This document shows positions 1-8,120 of a DNA stretch of 24,000 nt, piece after piece. Position 1 is the first letter of the stretch. Each line of letters begins with the position of its first letter. The stretch lies in the NCBI GenBank assembly GCA_030036955.1, contig JASHSF010000070.1:1-24000 (forward strand), given 5' to 3'. The notes beneath the pieces are model-generated. The model ran no database searches. It had not been told where the DNA came from and saw nothing but the letters and a program-made list of their open reading frames with translations. This stretch comes from Nitrososphaerales archaeon. GTDB taxonomy: Archaea > Thermoproteota > Nitrososphaeria > Nitrososphaerales > CADDZS01. The translations under genes and the position numbers were made by a program.

Positions 1-134
1 TTAGATCTTGCAGCATTGTACAGATCTATCACAACGGGTTTCTTGGCGAGAGATGAACCGGAGAAAACTGGCACTGAAATTAAACGGTCGATTATCTCGC
101 CGAGACTATCCGATCCTTCTCGGAGGCTGCTCAT
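1..134 (-). CDS. possible 5' end of a minus-strand CDS running off the left edge (hypothetical protein)
   Basis: ATG at 134..132 opens a stop-free frame to position 1 (MSSLREGSDSLGEIIDRLISVPVFSGSSLAKKPVVIDLYNAARS...). A TTAATATT box at 158..165 lies about 27 nt upstream on the minus strand. The ORF is too short for the supplied ORF track and matches no family I recognise. About 45 stop-free codons is only weak evidence. Confidence 0.35.
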   Translation of the reverse strand, partial: MSSLREGSDSLGEIIDRLISVPVFSGSSLAKKPVVIDLYNAARS

Positions 135-157
135 GTATAGTCCTCGTCTCTAGAGCA

Positions 158-165
158 ATATTAAC
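158..165 (-). promoter_or_regulatory. TATA-like box for the putative minus-strand gene starting at 134
   Basis: TTAATATT is centred about 27 nt upstream of ATG 134, read on the minus strand. This spacing is typical of an archaeal leaderless promoter. Confidence 0.3.
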
Positions 166-243
166 CTAAAACCTGGCGGGTGCTACTTGGGGAGCATACG
201 ATAATCGAATTAGCCTACAATACGGAACAGTGAAAAAGGGATC

Positions 244-253
244 TTTAAAATAT
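244..253 (+). promoter_or_regulatory. TATA box for the M29-like gene
   Basis: TTTAAAATAT is centred about 29 nt upstream of ATG 278. It lies inside the 230-start ORF, which argues that ATG 278 is the true, leaderless start. Confidence 0.45.
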
Positions 254-277
254 CAAAGACCTCCAGATCGATCGATC

Positions 278-1276
278 ATGCATTCTCTGATACCCGCAGT
301 CAAAGAAGCTTCCATTTGCATCAGAAAGGGCTACCGAGTTCAACCGGGCGAGTGCGTCTTGGTTCTTGCAGACGGAAATCACAAGCTCGAGGCAGAAGCT
401 CTCGCGGCCGCTGCCAACGCCGCAGGAGCGCAAGTTGCTCTAATGGACATCTCTCCTATCGTAGCGCAGGGGCTACTCATTCCGGGAATTCCAGAGCCAC
501 CAAAGCACGTTTCTGAGGCTGTGAAAAACTCCGATATCATCATCATCAAGACAGAAATCGACTATGCCCACAGGTTCGCTCATACGACTACGGTTCGAGA
601 AGCAGTAGACAATCAGGTGAAGATAGCTTCGGTGGAGGAGGGCCTCGGCGGCTGGGGACTCACCGACGACGACATCGACAAAGTCGAGCAAAGAACGGAC
701 AGACTTATTGAAACGTTCAAGGGCGTCGATAGGATTCACGTCACTTCAAAGCAGGGCACTGACCTAAATCTCTCGATCAGAGACAGACCGCCGCTCAAGG
801 TCACGCCTGTAAGGCAAAAAGGAGTGATGATGGGACCAATGCCACTTTGGGGTGAGGTGGCTTTCGCCGCCGTAGAAGATACCGCGAACGGCCAAATTGT
901 GATGGACGGAGTGATGAACGTAGTTGCGCCGTACGGAGTAAAGAGCTACATCACCGTCAAAGCAAAGAACGGAAGAGCCTACGAAATCACAGGCGGAGAG
1001 GAGGCACAGAAGCTCAAGAGCGTGCTTGCATCGGCCGATGAAGGATCAAACGTCGTCGCAGAGTTTTCCCTGGGATCGGGGCACTTGGTGAAGTTCGGCA
1101 CGCTTTCTGAAAAAGGCAAGCTCGGCACGATACACTTTGCACTCGGCGACAATCACCATGCTTATCCGGGAGGAAAAAACGTCTCAAAGTGGCATTTGGA
1201 CGCGACGGTAAGATATCCCACTGTAGAAATAGACGGAAGAAAGATCATTTCAGATGGGAACTGGCTATTCGAGTGA
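278..1276 (+). CDS. M29-fold (AmpS/aminopeptidase T-like) metalloprotein; NicX-like dioxygenase not excluded
   Basis: The ORF track gives 230..1276 from a GTG. I prefer ATG 278 (MHSLIPAVKEASICIRKGYRVQPGECVLVLAD), which matches the usual M29 N-terminus and has a TATA box at about -29. M29-like blocks are present: PLWGEVAF, AEFSLGSG, IHFALGD and WHLDATV (an HxD motif). All five dimetal ligand positions appear to be retained. Confidence 0.75.
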   Translation: MHSLIPAVKEASICIRKGYRVQPGECVLVLADGNHKLEAEALAAAANAAGAQVALMDISPIVAQGLLIPGIPEPPKHVSEAVKNSDIIIIKTEIDYAHRFAHTTTVREAVDNQVKIASVEEGLGGWGLTDDDIDKVEQRTDRLIETFKGVDRIHVTSKQGTDLNLSIRDRPPLKVTPVRQKGVMMGPMPLWGEVAFAAVEDTANGQIVMDGVMNVVAPYGVKSYITVKAKNGRAYEITGGEEAQKLKSVLASADEGSNVVAEFSLGSGHLVKFGTLSEKGKLGTIHFALGDNHHAYPGGKNVSKWHLDATVRYPTVEIDGRKIISDGNWLFE

Positions 1277-1302
1277 TTGTTACCGAGGTTAAGGCAACTC
1301 TA

Positions 1303-1308
1303 TTTTTT
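1303..1308 (+). terminator. oligo-T tract downstream of the M29-like gene
   Basis: A T6 run lies 27 nt after the stop codon at 1274..1276. Archaeal terminators are typically oligo-T tracts. Confidence 0.3.
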
Positions 1309-1357
1309 CCTGTTGATGATTGCAGTTCAGCTTAAACCCTCTTGGTAGTTCTGAGCG

Positions 1358-2290
1358 TTGGCACTTTTTAGACCCAATGACTTTGTCCTTTCAAGCGATA
1401 AGGGCGAAGTCCTTGAAAAATTGAAAGCCGAAGGAAAGCGAGCTCACATCATCGCCGGGGGAACAGGATTTTACGAGCTAGCAAGACGAGGCTACATCCC
1501 GGAAGTAAAGACAGTTGTTTCCATAATGCAGCTCGGGCTGAGCTACATCGATCACGAACAAAGCGCATTTGTAAGAATTGGCGCGACCACAACGCTTCAG
1601 CAACTCTTGGAATCAAGGATCGGAGATTCAAATGGGATTGAAGCGATTGGCGATGCTCTTCGCGAAATCCGGCCGCTGCAGATTCGAAACGTGGCAACAG
1701 TCGGAGGAGAAGTATGCATTTCTGTTCCGATCGTGGATCTACCAACCGCGCTCCTAGCGTGCAGCGCCAAACTGACGATTATCCGCGCTCCCTCCGACAA
1801 AGGGGCTGCTGAAGAAATTGAAACAAATCTCGACGACTTTTACATTGATGCTTTCCTTACGAAGTTGAAATACGGCGAGATAGTAAAAGAAGTAACAATT
1901 CCATTACATCGAGCGGAAAAAAATTCCCATATCGCTTCCGCATTTGTAAAATTCGGCAGGACCGCGTATGATTTTAATTTGGTCAACGTTGCAGTTCAGC
2001 TGTCCGTTGACAGGGGGAATCAGAAAAAAGTAAACTCTGTCCGAATATTCTTGGGAGGAATAAAACGAACGCCCATCCGAGCTCCAGAAATAGAACAAAA
2101 GATCCTCGCCAAGGTGCCAGATGAGAAAATGATCACCGAGGCGACAAAATCAATGTTTGCTAAAACAAAACTGCTCCCGTCGGTTCACGGTTCGAGCGAA
2201 TACAAGAGAGAAGTTTTGCCGGTTGTAATTCTAGACTGTTTGAGCAGGGCTTACGCAAGAGCGATAGAGAATGAGCAGAGCGGGCGCTAG
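1358..2290 (+). CDS. molybdopterin hydroxylase medium (FAD-binding, CoxM/XdhB-like) subunit
   Basis: 310 aa with a TTG start. The FAD-binding motifs IIAGGTGFYE and ATVGGEVC are present, followed by a C-terminal CO-dehydrogenase-flavoprotein-type domain. A coxS-like gene follows 30 nt downstream. Confidence 0.85.
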   Translation: MALFRPNDFVLSSDKGEVLEKLKAEGKRAHIIAGGTGFYELARRGYIPEVKTVVSIMQLGLSYIDHEQSAFVRIGATTTLQQLLESRIGDSNGIEAIGDALREIRPLQIRNVATVGGEVCISVPIVDLPTALLACSAKLTIIRAPSDKGAAEEIETNLDDFYIDAFLTKLKYGEIVKEVTIPLHRAEKNSHIASAFVKFGRTAYDFNLVNVAVQLSVDRGNQKKVNSVRIFLGGIKRTPIRAPEIEQKILAKVPDEKMITEATKSMFAKTKLLPSVHGSSEYKREVLPVVILDCLSRAYARAIENEQSGR

Positions 2291-2320
2291 ATTTCAAAAG
2301 GGAAGTGTGAGCTCATCTTA

Positions 2321-2836
2321 TTGATTAGCCGAGTTTCGTCAATAGATTTTGTGGTCAATGGCACAAGATACCGCAATATCAAGGTAAAGCCCTACGATAC
2401 ACTGTCAAGAATTCTACGCGATGAACTCGGGCTTACCGGTACAAAGCGCGGCTGCGACTACGGAGGGTGCGGAGCATGCACTGTAGCGGTTGAAGGTATG
2501 GCCGTTTACTCCTGCATGTATCCAGCTCAATACGCTCTAAACAAGACGATCCTGACGGTCGAAGGACTAGCCGAAAGCGAATCTGAATTCAGCAGGGAAG
2601 CCCTTTCAGAAATTCAAAGATCCTTTCTTGAAAACGGAGGCTTGCAGTGCGGCTATTGCACAAGCGGAGTCATGATGTCAACGAAGATGCTGCTTGACGA
2701 CAACCCGAATCCAAATGAAAACGACATAAAAGAAGCTCTCGCGGGCAATATTTGCAGATGCACCGGCTACGGAAGAATAATAGATTCGATCCTCGCCGCT
2801 GCAAAAATGAAGAATTCGGCTGCGCGAACTAAATAA
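2321..2836 (+). CDS. molybdopterin hydroxylase small subunit with two [2Fe-2S] clusters (CoxS/XdhC-type iron-sulfur subunit)
   Basis: Plant-ferredoxin-type cluster motif GCDYGGCGACTV...C, plus a second cluster motif QCGYCTSG...CRCTGY. TTG start. A GGAAGTG Shine-Dalgarno-like element lies about 13 nt upstream. Confidence 0.9.
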   Translation: MISRVSSIDFVVNGTRYRNIKVKPYDTLSRILRDELGLTGTKRGCDYGGCGACTVAVEGMAVYSCMYPAQYALNKTILTVEGLAESESEFSREALSEIQRSFLENGGLQCGYCTSGVMMSTKMLLDDNPNPNENDIKEALAGNICRCTGYGRIIDSILAAAKMKNSAARTK

Positions 2837-2859
2837 GAAAACCAGAGCGATTCCAAGAG

Positions 2860-3249
2860 TTGGCTGGCAAGTCTAGTCGGGCAGTTTCTGTTCTTGCGGA
2901 TTACATGAATAGAACTCCCGACGCAAAGCAATTCATTTCTGGGTGGGAAAGCAACGTTCTTTTCGATCTTAGTGGAGAGGATCCTTTCTCTCTTCTTTTC
3001 ACCGAAGGCAAGGTGGAGTTTAAATCTGGAAAGGTTACGGATCCCGACGTTACGTTTTTCTGCAACTCAGATCTCTTTTTCGATATTCTGACAGGTAAAA
3101 TAGATCAAGACGATGCTTTCGCCAATGGTCTAGTAGAAATCAAAGGTTCAATTTTCGATTCAGTAAAATTCCGCCACGCGGCGGAGCTCACCCAGCAGAA
3201 GCACAACACGATTTTTTCGCTCCTGAAGACTCTATCGCGCTTCAGTTGA
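2860..3249 (+). CDS. SCP2 (sterol-carrier-protein-2-like) lipid/hydrophobic-ligand binding domain protein
   Basis: 129 aa. The characteristic SCP2 C-terminal block is present: TFFCNSDLFFDILTGKIDQDDAFANGLVEIKGSIFDSVKF. Only 23 nt separate it from coxS on the same strand. The start is TTG 2860, or ATG at codon 16. Confidence 0.7.
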   Translation: MAGKSSRAVSVLADYMNRTPDAKQFISGWESNVLFDLSGEDPFSLLFTEGKVEFKSGKVTDPDVTFFCNSDLFFDILTGKIDQDDAFANGLVEIKGSIFDSVKFRHAAELTQQKHNTIFSLLKTLSRFS

Positions 3250-3286
3250 GCAGAGCATTCTGCTAAAATCTGCAAGTTTTCTCTTC
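3250..3286 (+). terminator. short hairpin plus T-rich tract after the coxM-coxS-SCP2 operon
   Basis: GCAGA-GCAT-TCTGC forms a 5-bp stem at 3250..3263, followed by TTTTCTCTT at 3277..3285. Confidence 0.3.
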
Positions 3287-3323
3287 GCGAAGCGTCATAA
3301 CGACTGGTTGCTATTACTATTGG

Positions 3324-3336
3324 AAATAATAAATAT
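3324..3336 (+). promoter_or_regulatory. TATA-like box for APC permease 1
   Basis: AAATAATAAATAT is centred about 36 nt upstream of TTG 3366. Confidence 0.4.
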
Positions 3337-3339
3337 GAC

Positions 3340-3355
3340 CACTTTGACTTTGACT
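3340..3355 (+). promoter_or_regulatory. tandem CACTTT-GACTTT-GACT element between the TATA box and the start of permease 1
   Basis: Direct hexamer repeat read in the sequence. Its reverse complement, AAAGTC/AAAGTG, recurs in three other promoters of this window. Confidence 0.35.
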
Positions 3356-3365
3356 CGATAAATAT

Positions 3366-4961
3366 TTGGCGGGAGATTCGGCAAAGCAATCGATCTTTAC
3401 AAGGAATGCTACCGGACTTATCCGTGAACTGTCAGCATTCGCCGTTTTCGCGTGGGCCATAGCTTACTTTCCATGGCTCAGCAGTTGGGCTGGAATTTTC
3501 TGGGTGACTCCAACTTATTATCGCAATGTCAATTATTATGCAAGCTTGGGAGTCTGGGCGGTAATTGCAGTTGTCATAGTATTGCTCTACTGGCAAATGA
3601 CCGCCATTATGCCTAGATCTGGAGGGGACTACGTTTTCGTGTCAAGAACCATCGCTCCAATTGTAGGATTCGTTGCTGGATTTCTTTTCTTCATAGCAAT
3701 TATCGTCTCTGCTGGGTCAGGTCCCTACTGGGCTTTTGCGGAATCAGGCAGCCAACTGTGGTTTGCAGGAAGCGTGCTTCACAACGCCTTCATGACAAGT
3801 CTCGGGAACGCTTATACTCCGTTTGGAGCGTCGCCCGACAAGTACGCAATGTTTGGAATAGGATTAATTCTTCTTGGTGCAGGTGCAGCCGTTACTCTCG
3901 TGGGAGGCAGATTATTGAGGAATGTCATCTATGCATTTTTCGCTTACGCTTTTATCACTTTGATTGTAGTCGTCGCGATCTTTTTGACCACGTCGCACAG
4001 CCAATTCCTTGCCGACTACAACGCCAATGCGGCAGCTTTCACAAACACTACCAGCAACATCTTCACTCAGGCTAAACAGGCGGGGTACACGCCCGGAGCT
4101 AGCCTTGCAAACCTTTCCTTTATAATTCCGCTTCTTTTCGTTAGCATTGGTCCCTATCCAGTATTACAAATGGTCGGTGGCGAAATCAAGAATCCCAGAA
4201 GAAGCCTTCTTTACGGCCTCGTGGGAGCAGAGCTACTTTCTATTGCAGTCTGGTTCGCTTTGACCTATCTGCTCGATCATGTAATTTCGATTTCCTTTAT
4301 CGAAGCTTGGACTGTGGCGCCATCCGGAGGTTTTGGCTTTTCGCCCGTCCCCACGATTTTTGTCAGCGCGATAGTTCCGAGCGCGGCACTAGCTTGGTTC
4401 ATTTTTGGCGGCCTCTTCGTATCAAATATGGGGTGGAGCTGGCTCGGTTTCACATTCCTAAGCAGACTCGTAATGTCTTGGTCGTTCGATCGCGTCATCC
4501 CAGAAAGCTTCTCATATGTTAGTCCGAGGTTCAGGACTCCGATCTACGCGGCTGCTTTGATTTGCGGGATCGCTGTTATCCCGATGTACTTAGAATTCTT
4601 CACGTCGTTTCTCTCAACGCAAGTGAACTCTATCTTTCTGCTCGCGCTGGTCTGGATGCTTACTTCGATTGCAGCGATTGTACTCCCATTCCGGAAGAAA
4701 GACATCTACAAGGGATGGGCTGGGAAAACCGGGGGCGTACCCACAATTTCCATACTGGGAGTCATCGGACTCTTTGTTTTCGGGTACCTTGCTTACAACT
4801 CGGCAATCAACCCGGCGATAGGACCGTTCGAAGCTAGTGCTCAGATCTTCATAATCGCAATCTTCGCGGTGGCAATAGCCATCTATGCCGCGTCTTACTT
4901 CTACCACAAGGGAAGAAACCTCAACCTCAACGCTGTGTTTAACGAGCTTCCACCAGAGTAG
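3366..4961 (+). CDS. APC-superfamily amino acid/polyamine-type permease (paralog 1)
   Basis: 531 aa, about 12 hydrophobic segments, with a PRSGGDYVF block typical of APC transporters. It is paralogous to 19804..21492, sharing the N-terminal block FTRNATGLIRELS / FSRASSGLVREIS, the PFRKKDIY/F block and a C-terminal PPE end. Confidence 0.85.
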   Translation: MAGDSAKQSIFTRNATGLIRELSAFAVFAWAIAYFPWLSSWAGIFWVTPTYYRNVNYYASLGVWAVIAVVIVLLYWQMTAIMPRSGGDYVFVSRTIAPIVGFVAGFLFFIAIIVSAGSGPYWAFAESGSQLWFAGSVLHNAFMTSLGNAYTPFGASPDKYAMFGIGLILLGAGAAVTLVGGRLLRNVIYAFFAYAFITLIVVVAIFLTTSHSQFLADYNANAAAFTNTTSNIFTQAKQAGYTPGASLANLSFIIPLLFVSIGPYPVLQMVGGEIKNPRRSLLYGLVGAELLSIAVWFALTYLLDHVISISFIEAWTVAPSGGFGFSPVPTIFVSAIVPSAALAWFIFGGLFVSNMGWSWLGFTFLSRLVMSWSFDRVIPESFSYVSPRFRTPIYAAALICGIAVIPMYLEFFTSFLSTQVNSIFLLALVWMLTSIAAIVLPFRKKDIYKGWAGKTGGVPTISILGVIGLFVFGYLAYNSAINPAIGPFEASAQIFIIAIFAVAIAIYAASYFYHKGRNLNLNAVFNELPPE

Positions 4962-6435
4962 AAGCATTCCGCAACGACCGAAATGTTGACTGGGGAGATC
5001 TGATTTTCTTACCAGGGCAGAGGATGCCCGACGGGTCAAGAGCTTGCTTCAGCCTTCCCGCCAATACGGTTTGGGAACGTGGCACGAGATCGCGGATAAC
5101 GTCGCCGAGGATTGTTCCCATGCCAAAGGTGGAGGCGGGCGTTCCTTCCATTTTGACAACTTCTTCTGCAATTTCACGAGTGAAAATTTCGTACGCTCTT
5201 AGAGCTTCCGGATCACTTTCATCAAACATGACTCTCGCGCTTGCCGTGCACTCGAAGTTCGGTAGTGCAATGTAATAGCCAACTCCAGCAAGAGTCAATT
5301 CGCGATGTCTTTTTCCTAGCGACATGTACTTACTTTCGAATTGTGGCAAATTATGGAACGGAATGGAAGGGACGCAAGTGTGCACCTTCAGAGTATTTGC
5401 CTTAACTCTCGGTTTCCAGGAGGAGATTTGGGTTTTGGCTTTCCAATAGAGATTAAGAATCGCTTTGTCTTCGATTGATCTGCCGCCTATATCAGTGCAA
5501 ATTTTCGCGGTTTCTTTTGCTCCGAACTCGGTAACCCTCCGAGAACCGCTGAATCCGGTGAGCAGCACGGCTTCCACTTCTTCAAGCTTCAATTTTTGAA
5601 CCCTTGGACTTTCCAATTCAATCAAAGGAGCGAGACCTTCCAAAGTAAATCTAGCTCTGTCTTCGATTTCAATAGTTTCCGGGCAGATTCCACTAGTCGC
5701 GATCTCTCGACACGCCCTAACTGCAGTTTCCAATTTTTTGAAAAAGAAGAGCAATATCTTCCTGTTCTTGGGCAAAGGAAAGACCTTCAGAGTGGCCTCC
5801 CCTATGATTGCAAGTGATCCCTCAGCAGAGGTGAAGAGATCCAGCATGTTATATAATGACATGTCGTGCCTTGCCTTTGTTCCGAGTTTGACTACCTCTC
5901 CGCTAGGAAGAGCTATTTTCATTGAAAGAAGAGTATCGGGCGCATATCCGTACCGTGCGCTAAATGTCCCCACACCGAGCGACGACAAACTACCACCGAT
6001 GGTCGCCCAGTTACGGCTTCCGGGATTATGCGGCCACCAGAGACCATGTTTCTTCAGGAAGCGGTTCAAGGAGGCCACTGTAATGCCTGCTTCACAGGTG
6101 ACGAATCCTCCGACCCGATCGAGGGAAACAATCTTTGATAGCCCTGTCATTTCGAGCACTATTCCAGATTCTCTCGGAATCTCCCCACCAAAGTAACCTG
6201 TGCCTGATCCTCTGACAAAAACAGGAATGCGATTTTCGCTTGCATACTTCAGAATTTGTGAAACCTGTTCTAATCTTATGGGCCGCGCGACGAGAAAGGG
6301 CGCGAGCTTGTCGAGCGCAAAGACTCTTCGAGAAACTTCATCCAAGCAGGATTTTGAAACCTTGTAGAAATCGTCGGATACATTTGATGTACCAACCAAT
6401 GCTTTGAGATCCTTACGCAAGCGGGGCAGATTCAT
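4939..6435 (-). CDS. FAD-linked oxidase (GlcD / D-lactate dehydrogenase-like, FAD_binding_4 fold)
   Basis: 498 aa with an ATG start. The FAD-binding block PVFVRGSGTGYFGG is present. The C-terminal LDPSGILCPGKK block is typical of GlcD-like proteins. No glcE or glcF partner genes are nearby. Confidence 0.85.
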   Translation of the reverse strand: MNLPRLRKDLKALVGTSNVSDDFYKVSKSCLDEVSRRVFALDKLAPFLVARPIRLEQVSQILKYASENRIPVFVRGSGTGYFGGEIPRESGIVLEMTGLSKIVSLDRVGGFVTCEAGITVASLNRFLKKHGLWWPHNPGSRNWATIGGSLSSLGVGTFSARYGYAPDTLLSMKIALPSGEVVKLGTKARHDMSLYNMLDLFTSAEGSLAIIGEATLKVFPLPKNRKILLFFFKKLETAVRACREIATSGICPETIEIEDRARFTLEGLAPLIELESPRVQKLKLEEVEAVLLTGFSGSRRVTEFGAKETAKICTDIGGRSIEDKAILNLYWKAKTQISSWKPRVKANTLKVHTCVPSIPFHNLPQFESKYMSLGKRHRELTLAGVGYYIALPNFECTASARVMFDESDPEALRAYEIFTREIAEEVVKMEGTPASTFGMGTILGDVIRDLVPRSQTVLAGRLKQALDPSGILCPGKKIRSPQSTFRSLRNASTLVEAR

Positions 6436-6466
6436 AACGAAATTCGTCAGACGTTACCTTTTCAAC

Positions 6467-6474
6467 TTAATTAA
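6467..6474 (-). promoter_or_regulatory. TATA-like box for the FAD-linked oxidase gene
   Basis: The palindromic TTAATTAA is centred about 35 nt upstream of ATG 6435 on the minus strand. Confidence 0.35.
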
Positions 6475-6561
6475 TCACTAATGTCTCCCCGATCTCTGGG
6501 GCTTCATCAGATAATTGTCAATTTGAAAATAGTGAAATAATTTGCAGGTGACAAGTTGAAG

Positions 6562-7563
6562 CTAGGAACTGAACGTGGAGAGAATCTTGTCGGCGAACAG
6601 TTCCATCATTTCCAGTAAAGAGGGTAAGTTCGGATAAACGAATTTCAGTTCAGTGAGATTCACTCCAGATCGTTCGTACTGCCCTAACTTGCTGCGAATT
6701 TCCTCTGGATTCCCCACCAAGCTCCTTTTCATGCCTTCTTCTACTGAAGAAAAATTCGTGGATAGGCTCTTGCTCGCGAGTTCACGCGCTTCCGTCGCAT
6801 TCTCATCTAGGGCAGCGAACATTTCGTGCGCGAAAACGTATTCGCTAGGATCTTTTTTGACCGCTGAGACTGCTTTTTTTACCATAGAAATTCCGTCCGA
6901 AAGCTCATTCGGGGTGAGGTAGGCGGGAATCCAACCATCTCCTAGTTCGACGACGCGTCCTAGCGCCCTCTCGCTTATTCCTCTCTCCCCGCCACCAACA
7001 AGAACTTTCAAGTGTTTCTGAACTGGTTTTGGAAACATCTGAACTTCTTTGAATGAGGAATATTTTCCTTGGTGGGAGGGTAAATTGTCATTCCACAATT
7101 TCTTCATTGCAATGATGTAATCATCTGTGATTTTCCCTCTTTGTTCGTAGGAAGATCCTACCGCGTCAAATTCCCCTTTGGTGATGATGGACGCCCCCGG
7201 TGCAACTCCGACGATCAGTCGCCCCTCCGAGAGAACGTCTAGGTTTGCAAGCTGCTTTGCTACAACGAGAGGGTTCCTGAGCGGCAATACGAGTACGGAA
7301 ATGCCCAGCTTGACCCGGCTGGTCAATCCTGCAAGGTAGGAAAGAGTTGTGATCGACTCGTAGAAATTCGGCTTTTGTGACTCGTCTAAAGCTTCTGCAG
7401 AACCCGCGGAGAGATGGGTTCTGTGCTGCTCGGTACCCCATAGTATGTGATCATGAACCCAAATTGAATGATAACCCAAGCTTTCAGCCTTCTTTGCTAC
7501 TTGAATAATATTCGATCTGTTTGCAAGCGGGCCAGAGTTTGGAAGGCGTACGCCGAATTTCAT
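6562..7563 (-). CDS. LLM-class (luciferase-like) flavin/F420-dependent oxidoreductase
   Basis: 333 aa with an ATG start. The N-terminus MKFGVRLPNSGP...AESLGYHSIWVHDH is typical of the luciferase-like monooxygenase TIM-barrel family. Cofactor specificity cannot be determined by eye. Confidence 0.8.
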   Translation of the reverse strand: MKFGVRLPNSGPLANRSNIIQVAKKAESLGYHSIWVHDHILWGTEQHRTHLSAGSAEALDESQKPNFYESITTLSYLAGLTSRVKLGISVLVLPLRNPLVVAKQLANLDVLSEGRLIVGVAPGASIITKGEFDAVGSSYEQRGKITDDYIIAMKKLWNDNLPSHQGKYSSFKEVQMFPKPVQKHLKVLVGGGERGISERALGRVVELGDGWIPAYLTPNELSDGISMVKKAVSAVKKDPSEYVFAHEMFAALDENATEARELASKSLSTNFSSVEEGMKRSLVGNPEEIRSKLGQYERSGVNLTELKFVYPNLPSLLEMMELFADKILSTFSS

Positions 7564-7605
7564 ACAAACTGCACGCTGTTTTGAAAGGTCTGATTAGGGA
7601 TGAAT

Positions 7606-8040
7606 TTACTTTGAATGGGTAGAGGATTTTACTTCCGCAGTCCAGTTAAATTTCTCTCCCTTTGCCACTTTTTCGCTCTCTTCCTCAGCTGCAAGAACGC
7701 ACTCCATTCCTCCGTCCACCCAGCTGCTCATGCCAACCAGATAGATGCAGAGAGCAAGCGCTTCTTGGACCTGTTTGGGCGTCGCTCCAGCCCTTACCGC
7801 TTTTCGTGCGTGGCTCTTGCCCTTTTCTCCTCTTCCAGTGGCTGCTTCTACGGCCACCATTATGAGTTCTTTGTATTTTGCGGGGAGAACCGAGTCTTCT
7901 TCGTCAATGGCGGGTATAGCTGCTTTCCTGAGAGATGCAAGCGCGTCGACGAGATTCGGATCGTACTTGTCTAGGGTCTGAAAAACCTCATGTACTCTCC
8001 CCATTTCTTTGGTCAAATAGTCTCTAGTTTCTTCCTTCAA
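7606..8040 (-). CDS. carboxymuconolactone decarboxylase (CMD/AhpD-like) family protein
   Basis: 144 aa. CMD-type helical block KELIMVAVEAATGRGEKGKSHARKAVRAGATPKQVQEAL, with the His retained but no CxxC motif. The start is TTG 8040, or alternatively ATG 8004. The LLM gene starts 42 nt downstream of its stop, so the two are probably co-transcribed. Confidence 0.65.
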   Translation of the reverse strand: MKEETRDYLTKEMGRVHEVFQTLDKYDPNLVDALASLRKAAIPAIDEEDSVLPAKYKELIMVAVEAATGRGEKGKSHARKAVRAGATPKQVQEALALCIYLVGMSSWVDGGMECVLAAEEESEKVAKGEKFNWTAEVKSSTHSK

Positions 8041-8071
8041 AGTAAATGTCAGTTTTCACAAGAGGCGCAGC

Positions 8072-8084
8072 GATATTAAGTATT
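8072..8084 (-). promoter_or_regulatory. TATA-like box for the CMD-LLM operon
   Basis: Minus-strand AATACTTAATATC lies about 37 nt upstream of TTG 8040. Confidence 0.3.
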
Positions 8085-8120
8085 GACCGGTATCCTTGCG
8101 ATAGAATTTGCGAGACGAGA

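Noticed and set aside
148-155. CTCTAGAG 8-bp palindrome in the leftmost intergenic region as an operator
   Set aside because: An 8-bp palindrome is expected by chance at this scale, and there is no second copy or supporting context.
230-277. GTG 230 as the start of the M29-like gene, as in the ORF track
   Set aside because: A strong TATA-like box (244..253) lies inside this extension. ATG 278 gives a typical family N-terminus at leaderless spacing. The extension is probably not translated, though this is unverified.
6484-6500. CCCC-N7-GGGG hairpin between the LLM and FAD-oxidase genes as a terminator
   Set aside because: The stem is only 4 bp with no adjacent oligo-T run on the transcribed (minus) strand. 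This is too weak to call.
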